Shown here: piece after piece, positions 16,784 through 26,216 of the stretch
Layout: each line of letters begins with the position of its first letter
Position numbering within the stretch: the stretch's first letter is position 1
Assembly (NCBI GenBank): GCA_043826355.1
Contig: JBDRQI010000034.1
Coordinates: 1-37,241 of the forward strand
Source of the DNA: Candidatus Omnitrophota bacterium
GTDB taxonomy: Bacteria > Ratteibacteria > UBA8468 > MWAK01
Direction of reading: 5' to 3'
DNA length: 37,241 bases
Notes under the pieces: generated by a model
Told to the model about the DNA's origin: nothing
Database searches by the model: none
The model's input: only the letters and a program-made list of their open reading frames with translations
Program-made: the position numbers and the translations under genes

Positions 16784-19063
16784 ATGAAATATGATGAAAG
16801 AACCAGGCGGGTTTTGGATTTTATCACTGTCATCCACAACCCGGACATACGGGATTTAAAGAAGAAAGCCGGTCCGGGGGAAGCGGAGATTACGACGGAA
16901 TGGGTTTTGGCGCCGCCGAAATCTGATTCTCCGGTCGTTAAATACGCTCTTTCCGATTTCTCCGAATACCTGCGGGTGTCGCAGAAAGTAAAGGTCAACA
17001 CGGTCAAAACCGGGGTCCGGAACGGGCAACCCCGGATTGAACTTGAGATTTTTAAAGATAGGTCCGGGGAAAATTATGAGATGGAAGTAACGCAAAACGG
17101 CAGTCGGATTAAAGGCGGAGAAAAAGGTCTGATGCGCGCGCTCTACTCTCTGGAAAACGAAATGAATTTCCGAAGAGGTCCGTTTCTGAAGATTGGCCGT
17201 CAGTCCGGTAAATCTCGTTTTACGCCCCGGATGTGTTGTTCGGCCTTCTCCGAAATACTGGATGACCCGGTAAAAGACCCGGGATATCCGGAGGCATACC
17301 TCAGGAAAATATCACACCTCGGATACGATTCGGTCTTTCTCTTTTCCGACTTCACGCTCTTTAACCGCTCAAAAATACTCCCGGAATTGAACGACGATAA
17401 GTATGAAAAAAGGATTGCCGGCCTGAAAAAATTTGTCTCCCGGGCCGCTTGTTACGGGCTGGATGTCTATATCAACTTTGTGTGTCCGCCTGTTTTCAAG
17501 GAAGGAAAACTTTACCGGAACCATCCGGAAGTCTTCGGCGCAACCAAGATGCAACCCGGCGCTTTTGCTTTGTGCTGCTCCAATCAAAAAGTTCGGGACT
17601 ATTACCGGGAAGGGTTTGGAGAACTTTTCCGGAACGTGCCAAAACTCAGGGGAATATTCCTGTTGGTGGGCGGGGAAGGGTTCAGCCACTGCTATATGCG
17701 GTCAACGAAAACGGTGAGCAACCAGACCGACTGTCCGGTATGCCGGCACAAGAACCCGGAAACTACTGTGGCTGACCTGCTGAACCTGGTCAACCGGAGC
17801 ATCAAAACCGCAAAAGAAGAAGCGGAACTTGCCGTCTGGCCTTACAGCGGTTTCGTCTGGACCCAAGACATTTCCATGGCCGGGTTCATCAACCGCCTGG
17901 ACAAAAATATTACTTTTATGCAGAACTTTGAAACCGGCCAGGTCAAGGATTTCAGCGGTGTGAAATCCCGGCTCTTTGACTACAACATCTCCTCTGTCGG
18001 CCCTTCTGAAATCTTTAAAAAACAGGCCGAACAGGCCCGGAAAAGAGGCCTGCGGCTGATGGCCAGAGCCGACGTCGGTTTCTCCATAGAATTTATGAAC
18101 CTGCACTGCGTGCCGGTCTATCTCCGTTGGGCGGAAAGGTTCCGGCGGATGGCGAAAAATGGTGTAGACGGTTACGTGGCCACCTGGCGCTTTGCCAACC
18201 CTGTCGGCGCCCTGTCCGAAGAGGTCTGTTTGGCTTATAACTGGCAGCCGAAGAGACCGCCGGAACAAGTCCTGGCAAAATTTGCGGAACGTGATTTCGG
18301 CCCGGAAAATAAAGAACAAACATTGGAAGCGTGGAAACATCTAAGCCGGGCCATGAAATACTTCCCGTTTTCCGCCTACACCTCCGGTGGAATATATTTC
18401 AAAGGACCTTTTACCCTTGGTCCGGCCCATCCGTTTATCTTCAACCCTAATCTCCAGACCGGATTACCCCCTTCTTTTTACAACGCTTACGCCGCCAGCG
18501 GGGAAGAGGGGACCAGTAAAAAGTTAAAACAAATCTGGCGTAAAGAACCTTTGTTCTTTAACAACCTCCTCTGGGTACAGCCGTTCGGTGCAGAAAAGAT
18601 TAAAGAACTGTTGTCCGAATTTTTACTAAACTGGCAAAAAGGCACAACGATTCTGGCCGGTTTAAAGGGTAAAGACCGGCATACATCCGTCCGGATAAAT
18701 TTTGAGACCGGACTGGCTCTCTTTCTGGAATACACCGTTACCACCGCCCGGAACCTGGCCGCCTTTTACCAGACCAGAGACGAGCTGTTCGCTTCCAGGC
18801 AGAATATTGAAAGCAGCCTGGAAAAATACCTGGCTCGGCTGGACGAAATCGGCCGGCGGGAGATGGAAAACAGCCAAAAAGCCTTAAAAATAGCGGAAAA
18901 ATACCCGATTCTGGGTTATGCCTATACCTACGGTTCAACCTCTATGTCCGCCCAAATGATCAGCGAAAAGATTAAACACCTCCGGCATCTTCTGTCCGTC
19001 GAATTGCCTGAATACAAAAGGGAGTACATCTTCCACCTCCGGTTTAAGCACCGGCCTGAATAA
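16784..19063 (+). CDS. Uncharacterised glycoside hydrolase-like protein (GH20/GH67-like N-terminal module plus probable TIM barrel)
   Basis: 759 aa ORF; 'ENYEMEV....RIKGGEKGLMRALYSLE' resembles a GH20b-like module; 'YPEAYLRKISHLGYDSV', 'YGLDVY', 'LVGGEGFSHCY', 'CPVC'. Confidence 0.55.
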   Translation: MKYDERTRRVLDFITVIHNPDIRDLKKKAGPGEAEITTEWVLAPPKSDSPVVKYALSDFSEYLRVSQKVKVNTVKTGVRNGQPRIELEIFKDRSGENYEMEVTQNGSRIKGGEKGLMRALYSLENEMNFRRGPFLKIGRQSGKSRFTPRMCCSAFSEILDDPVKDPGYPEAYLRKISHLGYDSVFLFSDFTLFNRSKILPELNDDKYEKRIAGLKKFVSRAACYGLDVYINFVCPPVFKEGKLYRNHPEVFGATKMQPGAFALCCSNQKVRDYYREGFGELFRNVPKLRGIFLLVGGEGFSHCYMRSTKTVSNQTDCPVCRHKNPETTVADLLNLVNRSIKTAKEEAELAVWPYSGFVWTQDISMAGFINRLDKNITFMQNFETGQVKDFSGVKSRLFDYNISSVGPSEIFKKQAEQARKRGLRLMARADVGFSIEFMNLHCVPVYLRWAERFRRMAKNGVDGYVATWRFANPVGALSEEVCLAYNWQPKRPPEQVLAKFAERDFGPENKEQTLEAWKHLSRAMKYFPFSAYTSGGIYFKGPFTLGPAHPFIFNPNLQTGLPPSFYNAYAASGEEGTSKKLKQIWRKEPLFFNNLLWVQPFGAEKIKELLSEFLLNWQKGTTILAGLKGKDRHTSVRINFETGLALFLEYTVTTARNLAAFYQTRDELFASRQNIESSLEKYLARLDEIGRREMENSQKALKIAEKYPILGYAYTYGSTSMSAQMISEKIKHLRHLLSVELPEYKREYIFHLRFKHRPE

Positions 19064-19228
19064 CGATAAAACAACTGGATTTTGACAAAAAGGGATTGTC
19101 AAATATAAGGTCAAACTCGTACCGGCGGCAGAATGCCGGCTTAATCTGTCTTTCGCTTTTCCGCGCTTCTCCGACAGACCGGCACTCCAAATTACGGCTG
19201 GCTGCGGTTGACGGTCACGGCGGGTCCT

Positions 19229-19582
19229 CTATCCGCCCTCTTCCTTCGCTAAATAATTAGCCATCTTCCAGAGTATCTTCTTGAAGTTGTCCCCTTTATC
19301 CCTGACCAAACTTTCTAACCGCCGGGTAAAAAGATCCTGGTCGCTTTCCAGGTAGGCAACCGGTTCTTTCGGAGGGGAAAAAAGGTTCTGGACGGGTACC
19401 CCCAGAGCATCGGCGATTCTCTGCATCGTCTCCAGGCTTGCTTTCTTGGCTCCCCGCTCCACATGGCTCAAGAAACCGGGACTTATCCTGGCTTTAAACG
19501 CCAGCCTTTCCTGGGTTACCCCCAGATTCTTCCTGATCTCCCTGATGCGCCTGCCTAATTGCCGGTAGATGTTCTTTTCCAT
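19229..19582 (-). CDS. Xre/HTH_3 family transcriptional regulator
   Basis: 'LGRRIREIRKNLGVTQERLAFKARISPGFLSHVERG.KKASLET..RIADALGV'. Confidence 0.9.
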   Translation of the reverse strand: MEKNIYRQLGRRIREIRKNLGVTQERLAFKARISPGFLSHVERGAKKASLETMQRIADALGVPVQNLFSPPKEPVAYLESDQDLFTRRLESLVRDKGDNFKKILWKMANYLAKEEGG

Positions 19583-19643
19583 CAGGAAATATTATCGCTT
19601 ATTATTCCTTGATTCTTAATAGTCCATAAGAAATATATTTAAT

Positions 19644-19672
19644 TTGACTTATGGATACCGTTATGATAACAT
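19644..19672 (+). promoter_or_regulatory. sigma70 promoter overlapped by an inverted-repeat operator
   Basis: TTGACT (19644-19649), 17 nt ending TGa, TAACAT (19667-19672); inverted repeat TCCATAAG (19623-19630) / CTTATGGA (19648-19655). Confidence 0.6.
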
Positions 19673-19745
19673 TTTACATGCAACATTTTTCAAGGCGCAG
19701 CACACGGATAACGGATAAACAAAACGAACGGGGAAGATTCCTTTA

Positions 19746-20111
19746 ATGCCGGCCCAACCCAAAACAGCGGATGATTTTATCGTAATTGAAGCTCCTTCCG
19801 GCAGAATACGCAAAATAACGGGGCAACAGATAGCAAACCTGAAAGATCAGCCGGGAATACTTTTTTCCGAAAGATCGACAAAAAACCTGGCCGCCGGACA
19901 GATAGAGGTAGTTGTGCCGGCAGAACTTGGCGGGGGATATATCATCGGAGCAACCCCGGCGCTGGCATCGGCCTTCAACAAAACCGGCATTACCGCCGGA
20001 CTCGTTCCGGAAAGAATTATCCGCTCCCTCTTGGAAATATTCGGCATGTCAAAGATTACGATTACGTTGGCCGAAATTCTTATTTTGGTTTTAGATAGAT
20101 TTTCCCGGTAA
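19746..20111 (+). CDS. Hypothetical protein
   Basis: 121 aa ORF filling the gap downstream of a good promoter; no recognised motif. Confidence 0.5.
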   Translation: MPAQPKTADDFIVIEAPSGRIRKITGQQIANLKDQPGILFSERSTKNLAAGQIEVVVPAELGGGYIIGATPALASAFNKTGITAGLVPERIIRSLLEIFGMSKITITLAEILILVLDRFSR

Positions 20112-20212
20112 TCAACATTTGAAAAGAGCCAAAAGGCGGGTTGCTAAAGAACGCGGGCGGTTTCGGCCGGACTCCGGTATCAAACGGTGCGATTTTCGAC
20201 AGAAGGCTTAAA

Positions 20213-22972
20213 TTACCCGCAAAGAACCGCGGGATCGCGCCGTTCTCTTCTCCGGTTGAATAATTTAACCAGTTCTACAGTCCAAAGCGAAAAAGAAGAG
20301 AGGAGCAGAACGATGACAATATCCGTAAAACTCAGGGGTTGGGTCCGGAATATCCGGCCGGCGAATGGTGTGTAGACTGCTACAACCTGCAGTAAAAAAG
20401 AGACAGCGCAAGCGGCAATAAGTTTCGGGTTGCTGAAGAAGCCAATCTTAAAGATAGATTCCCGGCTGTTCCGGCAGTTAAACGAATGGAATAGTTGGGA
20501 ACAGGTGAGAACCAAGAAAGCGCCGGTCCGGGCCCGAACAATACCGCCCTTTTCTCCAAAAAGGATAAAAGCAAACGCCAGCAGGGTATAGAAAGCAATT
20601 AAAGCGCCCTGGCCTAAAATCACAAGCATCTTTTGTTTGTTGATAACCGCTTCGTTCTTTTGACGGGGGGGACGCGCCATAATCCCGGGTTCAATCGGCT
20701 CGACGCCCAGGGCAAGCGCCGGCAGGCCATCGGTAACCAAATTTAACCACAGTATCTGAACCGGCAGGAGGGGCGCCGGCGCGCCCGCCAGGGAAGCGGC
20801 AAACATTACGAATATCGTTCCGCTGTGGCAGGAAAGCAGAAAGTAAATAAATTTCCGGATGTTATCGTAGATGCCCCGCCCTTCTTCAACCGCGGCGACG
20901 ATGGAAGCAAAATTGTCATCGGTAATGACCATATCCGACACTTCTTTGGTAACATCGGTTCCGGAGATGCCCATCGCCACGCCGATGTCCGCTTCTTTAA
21001 CGGCCGGCGCATCGTTTACGCCATCTCCGGTCATCGCCACAACTTCGCCTTTTTTGCGCCAGGCGCTGACGATTCGCAATTTGTGCTCCGGGGAAACCCG
21101 GGCGTAGACGGAAATTCGGGGCGCCGCCTCCAGAAATTCCCGGTCGTCCAGCTGGTCCAGTTCCGGTCCGGTCAAGACCAGAGAACCTTCTTCAAAAAAT
21201 CCCAGTTCTTTAGCGACGGCAACTGCGGTATTTTTGTGGTCGCCGGTAATCATGACCGTCCTGATGCCGGCAGCCCGGCATTTACTGACCGCCTCCCCGG
21301 CCTCTGGCCGCGGCGGGTCCATCATCGCAATCAACCCGGCAAAAATAAGGTCTTTTTCAATGCTGTCTGCTTCAAACTCCTCCGGAACTTCATCCAGGTA
21401 ACGGTAGGCAACTGCGATGACCCGCAGGGCCTGATTGGCCAAAATAAGATTTTGCTCGAGGATTTGTTTTTTTCGGGCTTCCGTAAGGATGGCCCCCTCA
21501 CCTTCGTCCTCTCCCCCGCGGGGAGAGGAAACGTATTCATGCGTACAGTCGTCAAGCAGGATGTCCGGCGCGCCCTTAACGAAGACCGCCAAGCGCTCTC
21601 CTTCCCGTCCGCCTTCGGCGAGACGATGGCGAATTATGGTCATCTTTTTGCGTTCGGAATCAAAGGGTATTTCTTGAAGAAACGGCATCTCCGCTTCAAG
21701 GCCTTCCTTCTGAATATCCGTCTTGGCCGCCGCAGTCAGGATAGCGCCTTCGGTAGGGTCGCCGATAATCCGGTAGGCGCCGTTTTCCGAAACCAAACTG
21801 GCCGCATTACACAGAACACCGCAAAAAAGGTTCTGTTGCAATGCCGGGTATCCCTGCGGATTTACCGTCTTCCCGTCAATCAGAAATTCTCCGGCCGGCT
21901 CATACCCGACGCCGGCAACCTGGAACAAGGTCCCGCCGGCGTAAATGGCCTTAACGGTCATTTCATTTTTGGTCAGGGTTCCGGTCTTGTCGGTGCAGAT
22001 GACGGTGGCGCAGCCCAGCGTTTCCACCGAGGGCAGTTTCCGGATTAAAGCGTTTCGCTTAACCATCCGCTGCACGCCCAGGGCCAGGGCGATGGTTACC
22101 ACTGCCGGCAGACCCTCGGGTATTGCAGCCACGGCCAGGCTTACTGCAGTAAGAAAAAGGTCGATAACCCGGCCGCCCCTCAGCAACCCTACCAAAAAGA
22201 GCAAACCGACCAGCAACAGACACAGGTAAACCAGCCACTTGCCGAACTGTTCCAGCTTCTTCTGGAGGGGGGTCGGTTCCCGGGTGGCTTGCTGGATCAT
22301 GCCGGCAATCCTGCCTAATTCCGTTTCCATGCCGGTTTCCACCACCAGCGCCCTTCCTTTACCGGAAGAAACCGAAGTGCCCAGGTAAACCGTATTGGCC
22401 CTTTCCGCAAGCGGGACCTCTTTTTCGGTCAGGGCGAAAGTTGTCTTGGCCACCGGCAGAGACTCGCCGGTCAGGCTGGCTTCCTGGGCGCTGAAATTTG
22501 GAGTAAGATAGACCAGGCGGCTGTCCGCCGGAACAAGGTCTCCGGCTTCCAGTTCAATAAGATCACCGGGGACCAGTTGGGAGGCAGGCAGCAGAACCGG
22601 CTTACCACCGCGAATTGTCTTTGAAACCGGGCTGGAAAGTTTCTTAAGCGCAGACAGGGACTTTTCGGCGCGAAACTCCTGGATGAAACCCAAAATGGCG
22701 TTCAGAATAACGATTCCGATAATCGCGAATGCGTCAACCCATTCCTTCAGAAAGCCGGATACCAGAGCCGCGCCGATTAAAACCCAGACGATGAAACTCT
22801 GAAATTGCCCCAGGAATATCCCCGGCAGACTCCGGCCTTTCTTCTCCTGCAGTTGGTTTAATCCGTGTTTTTCCAGTCGCAAAACAGCTTCCGGGCCGGA
22901 AAGACCGCTGGAAAGGTTCGTTGCGAGGGTTTTTTCTAAATTTCGGACGTCTAATTGCCAGTATTTTTCCAC
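20213..22972 (-). CDS. Cation (Ca2+)-translocating P-type ATPase, type IIA
   Basis: 'LTGES', 'AIPEGLP', 'CTDKTGTLT', 'GDPTE', 'FDSERKKM', 'KGAPD', 'MITGDH', '[10 protein letters not shown]', '[13 protein letters not shown]'; GTG start. Confidence 0.94.
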   Translation of the reverse strand: MEKYWQLDVRNLEKTLATNLSSGLSGPEAVLRLEKHGLNQLQEKKGRSLPGIFLGQFQSFIVWVLIGAALVSGFLKEWVDAFAIIGIVILNAILGFIQEFRAEKSLSALKKLSSPVSKTIRGGKPVLLPASQLVPGDLIELEAGDLVPADSRLVYLTPNFSAQEASLTGESLPVAKTTFALTEKEVPLAERANTVYLGTSVSSGKGRALVVETGMETELGRIAGMIQQATREPTPLQKKLEQFGKWLVYLCLLLVGLLFLVGLLRGGRVIDLFLTAVSLAVAAIPEGLPAVVTIALALGVQRMVKRNALIRKLPSVETLGCATVICTDKTGTLTKNEMTVKAIYAGGTLFQVAGVGYEPAGEFLIDGKTVNPQGYPALQQNLFCGVLCNAASLVSENGAYRIIGDPTEGAILTAAAKTDIQKEGLEAEMPFLQEIPFDSERKKMTIIRHRLAEGGREGERLAVFVKGAPDILLDDCTHEYVSSPRGGEDEGEGAILTEARKKQILEQNLILANQALRVIAVAYRYLDEVPEEFEADSIEKDLIFAGLIAMMDPPRPEAGEAVSKCRAAGIRTVMITGDHKNTAVAVAKELGFFEEGSLVLTGPELDQLDDREFLEAAPRISVYARVSPEHKLRIVSAWRKKGEVVAMTGDGVNDAPAVKEADIGVAMGISGTDVTKEVSDMVITDDNFASIVAAVEEGRGIYDNIRKFIYFLLSCHSGTIFVMFAASLAGAPAPLLPVQILWLNLVTDGLPALALGVEPIEPGIMARPPRQKNEAVINKQKMLVILGQGALIAFYTLLAFAFILFGEKGGIVRARTGAFLVLTCSQLFHSFNCRNSRESIFKIGFFSNPKLIAACAVSFLLQVVAVYTPFAGRIFRTQPLSFTDIVIVLLLSSFSLWTVELVKLFNRRRERRDPAVLCG
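21493..21528. repeat. CCCCTCACC..CCTCTCCCC/GGGGAGAGG-type palindrome, in frame in the P-ATPase
   Basis: CCCCCTCACCTTCGTCCTCTCCCCCGCGGGGAGAGG; encodes [12 protein letters not shown]. Confidence 0.7.
21608..21632 (+). repeat. Family-A palindromic element, in frame in the P-ATPase
   Basis: TCCGCCTTCGGCGAGACGATGGCGA is 20/25 identical to TCCGCCTTCGCCAAGGCTACGGCGA reconstructed from 31008-31062; encodes RHRLAEGG. Confidence 0.65.
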
Positions 22973-22982
22973 GATTAGGTTT

Positions 22983-23013
22983 GGATTCCCGCTTACTACG
23001 AGCGGGAATGATA
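22983..23013. repeat. GGATTCCCGC...GCGGGAATGA palindrome
   Basis: ATTCCCGCT-TACTACG-AGCGGGAAT hairpin in the P-ATPase leader. Confidence 0.65.
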
Positions 23014-23047
23014 ACAGGAAAATATATTATAACCTTTCGGTTATACA

Positions 23048-23076
23048 TTCACAAAATAGCTTTTCTGTGGTAAAAT
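23048..23076 (+). promoter_or_regulatory. sigma70 extended -10 promoter of coaD (probably leaderless)
   Basis: TTCACA (23048-23053), 17 nt ending TGg, TAAAAT (23071-23076); ATG 7 nt later with no SD. Confidence 0.65.
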
Positions 23077-23083
23077 ATAAAAA

Positions 23084-23575
23084 ATGAAAAAAGGGGTGGT
23101 CTATCCGGGAAGTTTTGACCCGGTTACCCTGGGTCATCTGGATTTAATCAAACAAGCGCTGACCATTTTTGACCGGGTAATCGTGGCCGTAGCGGACAAT
23201 CCGGAAAAAAATCCGGCCTTCAGCCGGCAGGAACGAATCCGAATACTGGCAGAGGCAACCGAAGGGATATCCGGAGTGGAAGTGGACTGTTTTTCCGGCC
23301 TGCTGGTCGATTACCTCCGGCAAAAAAAGGTTAATGTCATCCTGCGGGGCCTGCGCGCGGTTTCCGATTTTGATTATGAATTTCAGATGGTCCTGACCAA
23401 CCGGCGCCTGGCGCCGGGAGTGGAAACGGTCTTTTTGATGCCCCAGGAAGATTATTTCTTCCTGAGTTCCAGTATGGTCAAGGAACTGGCCGTTCTGGGC
23501 GCAGACCTCTCCGCTTTCGTCCCGGTGAAGGTGGCCGCGGAACTAAAGAAAAAATTAGGTACAATTAATAAATAG
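23084..23575 (+). CDS. coaD: Pantetheine-phosphate adenylyltransferase
   Basis: 'VYPGSFDPVTLGHLDLI', 'LRGLRAVSDFDYEFQM', 'LSSSMVKE'. Confidence 0.97.
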   Translation: MKKGVVYPGSFDPVTLGHLDLIKQALTIFDRVIVAVADNPEKNPAFSRQERIRILAEATEGISGVEVDCFSGLLVDYLRQKKVNVILRGLRAVSDFDYEFQMVLTNRRLAPGVETVFLMPQEDYFFLSSSMVKELAVLGADLSAFVPVKVAAELKKKLGTINK

Positions 23576-23584
23576 GAGGACAAA

Positions 23585-23779
23585 ATGCCAAATCCTTTCC
23601 GGAGACATTCACATTCCCGGGGCGCCAAAAGACGGTCTGCAAACCGCCTGGAACTGCCCGGACTCGCCAAATGCAGCAACTGTCAGTCGGTCATCCTTTC
23701 CCACCGGGTTTGTCCGGATTGCGGTTACTATGACGGCCGGCCGGTGGTAGTAATCAAAACCAGAGAAAAAGAAAAATGA
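23585..23779 (+). CDS. rpmF: 50S ribosomal protein L32 (zinc-binding type)
   Basis: 'MPNP.RRHS.SR..KRR', 'CSNC...HRVCPDCGYYDGR'; SD AGGAGG overlapping the coaD stop. Confidence 0.94.
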   Translation: MPNPFRRHSHSRGAKRRSANRLELPGLAKCSNCQSVILSHRVCPDCGYYDGRPVVVIKTREKEK

Positions 23780-23780
23780 A

Positions 23781-23831
23781 CCCCTTCCTGATTTCCCTCC
23801 CCGGCAAGCGGGGAGGGAAATCAGGAAGGGG
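23781..23831. repeat. Perfect 22-bp inverted repeat between rpmF and plsX
   Basis: CCCCTTCCTGATTTCCCTCCCC-GGCAAGC-GGGGAGGGAAATCAGGAAGGGG. Confidence 0.9.
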
Positions 23832-23844
23832 GCGTGGGGTTGAA

Positions 23845-24822
23845 ATGTCTACTCTTATCCGCATCGCGGTTGACTTGTCGGGCAGTGAAAAAGGCCCGGG
23901 TGAAGTTCTGGATGGCGCGATGCTCGCCCGACAGGAAGGAAACCTGGAAATAATCCTGGTCGGGCAGAGTTCCGCGGTGTCCGGAAAAGAACTGGCAGGA
24001 TGTTCATTCCTGGAGGCGCCACTGGCCATTCCGACGTCGGAAAAGGTGAGCCGGGAACTGCTGCGCAACCAGGACAGTTCCCTTTTTAAGATTGTGCGCC
24101 TGGTGCAGGAAGGCAAGGCGGATGCGGCGGTAAGCGGCGGAAATACCGCCTGCTTCGTGGCGCTGGCCACGACTCTTCTGGGAACCATCCCCAACGTGGA
24201 ACGTTCCGGCATCGCCATCTTTCTGCCTAAAATTAGCGGAACCACGATTCTGATTGACGCCGGAGCCAACACCGCCACCGTTTCCAAACACCTGGTCTCT
24301 TATGCGGTAATGGGCAGTTATCTCCACCAAGCCCTCTTTGGTTCGGAAAAACCCAAAATTGGCCTGCTTAATGTAGGCGAAGAAGAGACCAAGGGCAGCG
24401 ACCTTTACCGAGAGGCCAACCTTCTTTTAAAGCAGGACCGGCTTCTGAATTTTATCGGCAACATTGAAGGCCACGATATCTTTAGCCCAAAAGTTGACGT
24501 GGTTGTGGCTGACGGCTTTACCGGAAACTGCATCCTGAAAACAGTTGAAGGCGTGACCGAGGATTTTGCCTCGTTTCTTAAAGGAGAAATTGTCAAAAAA
24601 GGGCTGGAACATGAACCCGACGTTGCCGAAATACTGGGTAAATTTATCCGCAGGGGTGATTTTGCCGAATACGGCGGCGGCTTCCTGATGGGTGTTTCCG
24701 GACTCTGCGTTATCATCCACGGGCGGTCAGGCGCGGAGGCTCACCGGAAAGCAATTCTGCGCGCCAGGGATGCGATAGCCGGCAACCTGATGCCCCACCT
24801 GCGTCAAGGCTGCGGCGGGTAA
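23845..24822 (+). CDS. plsX: Phosphate acyltransferase PlsX
   Basis: 'RIAVD..G', 'ADAAVSGGNT', 'IDAGAN', 'IGLLNVGEEETKG', 'NFIGNIEG', 'DVVVADGFTGN..LK..EG', 'IIHGRS'; follows rpmF. Alternative start at 23776. Confidence 0.93.
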   Translation: MSTLIRIAVDLSGSEKGPGEVLDGAMLARQEGNLEIILVGQSSAVSGKELAGCSFLEAPLAIPTSEKVSRELLRNQDSSLFKIVRLVQEGKADAAVSGGNTACFVALATTLLGTIPNVERSGIAIFLPKISGTTILIDAGANTATVSKHLVSYAVMGSYLHQALFGSEKPKIGLLNVGEEETKGSDLYREANLLLKQDRLLNFIGNIEGHDIFSPKVDVVVADGFTGNCILKTVEGVTEDFASFLKGEIVKKGLEHEPDVAEILGKFIRRGDFAEYGGGFLMGVSGLCVIIHGRSGAEAHRKAILRARDAIAGNLMPHLRQGCGG

Positions 24823-24824
24823 AC
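24795..24824 (+). repeat. Family-A palindromic element supplying the plsX C-terminus and stop
   Basis: CCACCTGCGTCAAGGCTGCGGCGGGTAAAC encodes HLRQGCGG*. Confidence 0.7.
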
Positions 24825-24855
24825 CCGCCTTCATTCACCTTTTAACTTATTTTAG

Positions 24856-25362
24856 ATGGAAAACTTGAGAATACATTGTTTCCCGGACAAAGTACTGAGA
24901 CAAAAAACCAAGAAGATAGCCAGGATAGACAATACCGTCAGGGAACTTTCCGAAAAGATGCTCGGCGCAATGAAAGAGGCATCCGGAATAGGCCTGGCTT
25001 CCAACCAGGTGGGACAACTCATTCGGGTTGCGGTTATCGGCAACCTCCCGGACATCCTGGACGAACCCTTAATTTTAATCAACCCGGTAATCAATGATTT
25101 CGAGGGCTGGACTACCCAGGACGAAGGTTGTCTTTCCTTCCCGGGGATTTCTGCGGCGGTGCGGCGCCGGGTTAAAATCTACGCCACTTTTTGGAACTTA
25201 AGAGAGGAAGAGATGAAGATTGAGGCCCAGGGAATTCTGGCTCGCGCCCTCCAGCACGAATTGGACCATCTGGACGGCGTCCTCTTCCCGGACCACCTTT
25301 CCTTACTTTCCCGGCAGTTACTCCTACGGGAATACAGGAAGAAAAAAGCGCTTTCTTTTTGA
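24856..25362 (+). CDS. def: Peptide deformylase
   Basis: 'GIGLASNQVG', 'EGCLSFPG', 'QHELDHLDG'. Confidence 0.96.
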   Translation: MENLRIHCFPDKVLRQKTKKIARIDNTVRELSEKMLGAMKEASGIGLASNQVGQLIRVAVIGNLPDILDEPLILINPVINDFEGWTTQDEGCLSFPGISAAVRRRVKIYATFWNLREEEMKIEAQGILARALQHELDHLDGVLFPDHLSLLSRQLLLREYRKKKALSF

Positions 25363-25388
25363 CCGGACGAATACAATTATAGTAAAAT
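25359..25388 (+). promoter_or_regulatory. Putative sigma70 promoter for rplY-pth
   Basis: TTGACC (25359-25364), 18 nt, TAAAAT (25383-25388). Confidence 0.45.
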
Positions 25389-25394
25389 ATTTAT

Positions 25395-25443
25395 GGAGTG
25401 CGGCCCTTTCAGGGTCGCGGCGAGGCTGAAAGCCTCGCACTGC
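25395..25443. repeat. Degenerate GTAG-type REP doublet
   Basis: GGAGTGCGGCCCTTTCAGGGTCGC and GCGAGGCTGAAAGCCTCGCACTGC hairpins; the first half recurs at 36965-36987. Confidence 0.65.
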
Positions 25444-25478
25444 GAAAAGCGCACGACAACAGACCTGAAGAGGAAAAA

Positions 25479-26216
25479 ATGGCTGAAACAATCAATTGTC
25501 ACACCCGGACCGAAAAAGGAACCAGCGCGGCCAAGAAACTGCGCCGGCAAGGTCTGATACCCGGAATCGTATACGGGCACAAAACAAAACCGGTATCAAT
25601 TACCGTTTCGGAAACCGAGTTCCTGAAAATCTGGCGCAGAATTACCGGAAAACAGGTACTGCTTGACCTGGTTGTTCATAAAAATGACAAGGAAACCAAA
25701 ATACATGGGTTTCTTAAAGATTACCAGCATGACCTGGTGGATCGAAAATTCCTGCACCTTGATTTTCATAAGGTCAGCGCCTCGGAAAAAATTCGCATGG
25801 CCATTCCCATTGAACTGACAGGGGAAGCGCCCGGCGAAAAACAGGGCGGCGTCGTTGACCAAATCCTGCGAGAGATTGAGGTTGAAGGATTGGCGGGAAA
25901 ACTTCCGGAAAAGATTACCGTTGATGTCGGCGCGCTGGAAATCGGAGATTCAATCTTTGTCTCATCCTTAAAACTAACCGATGAGCTTGAAATTTTAAAA
26001 CACGGCGAGGAACCGATCGTATCCGTATTGGCTCCGAAGAAGGTGGAGGAAGAAGTCGTGGCGCCGGTGGCGCTTGAGGAAACAGCGGCAACGGAACCGG
26101 AAGTCATCAGCGAAAAAACGTCCGAAGAGAGACGCAAAAAGAAGGAAGAGGGCAAACCCAAGGAAGAAGAACCCAAGGAAAAGGAAGAGGAAAAACCCAA
26201 AAAAGAAAAGAGGTAG
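25479..26216 (+). CDS. rplY: 50S ribosomal protein L25 / general stress protein Ctc
   Basis: 'KKLRRQGLIPGIVYG', 'LHLDF', 'G.KQGGV', 'LPEKITVDV..LEIGDSI', 'EPEVI' and a Glu/Lys-rich tail; SD GAGG before ATG 25479. Confidence 0.94.
   Translation: MAETINCHTRTEKGTSAAKKLRRQGLIPGIVYGHKTKPVSITVSETEFLKIWRRITGKQVLLDLVVHKNDKETKIHGFLKDYQHDLVDRKFLHLDFHKVSASEKIRMAIPIELTGEAPGEKQGGVVDQILREIEVEGLAGKLPEKITVDVGALEIGDSIFVSSLKLTDELEILKHGEEPIVSVLAPKKVEEEVVAPVALEETAATEPEVISEKTSEERRKKKEEGKPKEEEPKEKEEEKPKKEKR

Noticed and set aside
20825..22048. 407 aa plus-strand ORF
   Set aside because: Antisense shadow of the P-type ATPase.
25398..25478. rplY N-terminal extension or ribosomal leader riboswitch
   Set aside because: The hairpins match a dispersed REP-like family (also at 36965), and the SD supports ATG 25479.
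26120..26212. Purine-rich repeats as a possible array
   Set aside because: Low-complexity Glu/Lys tail of L25/Ctc.
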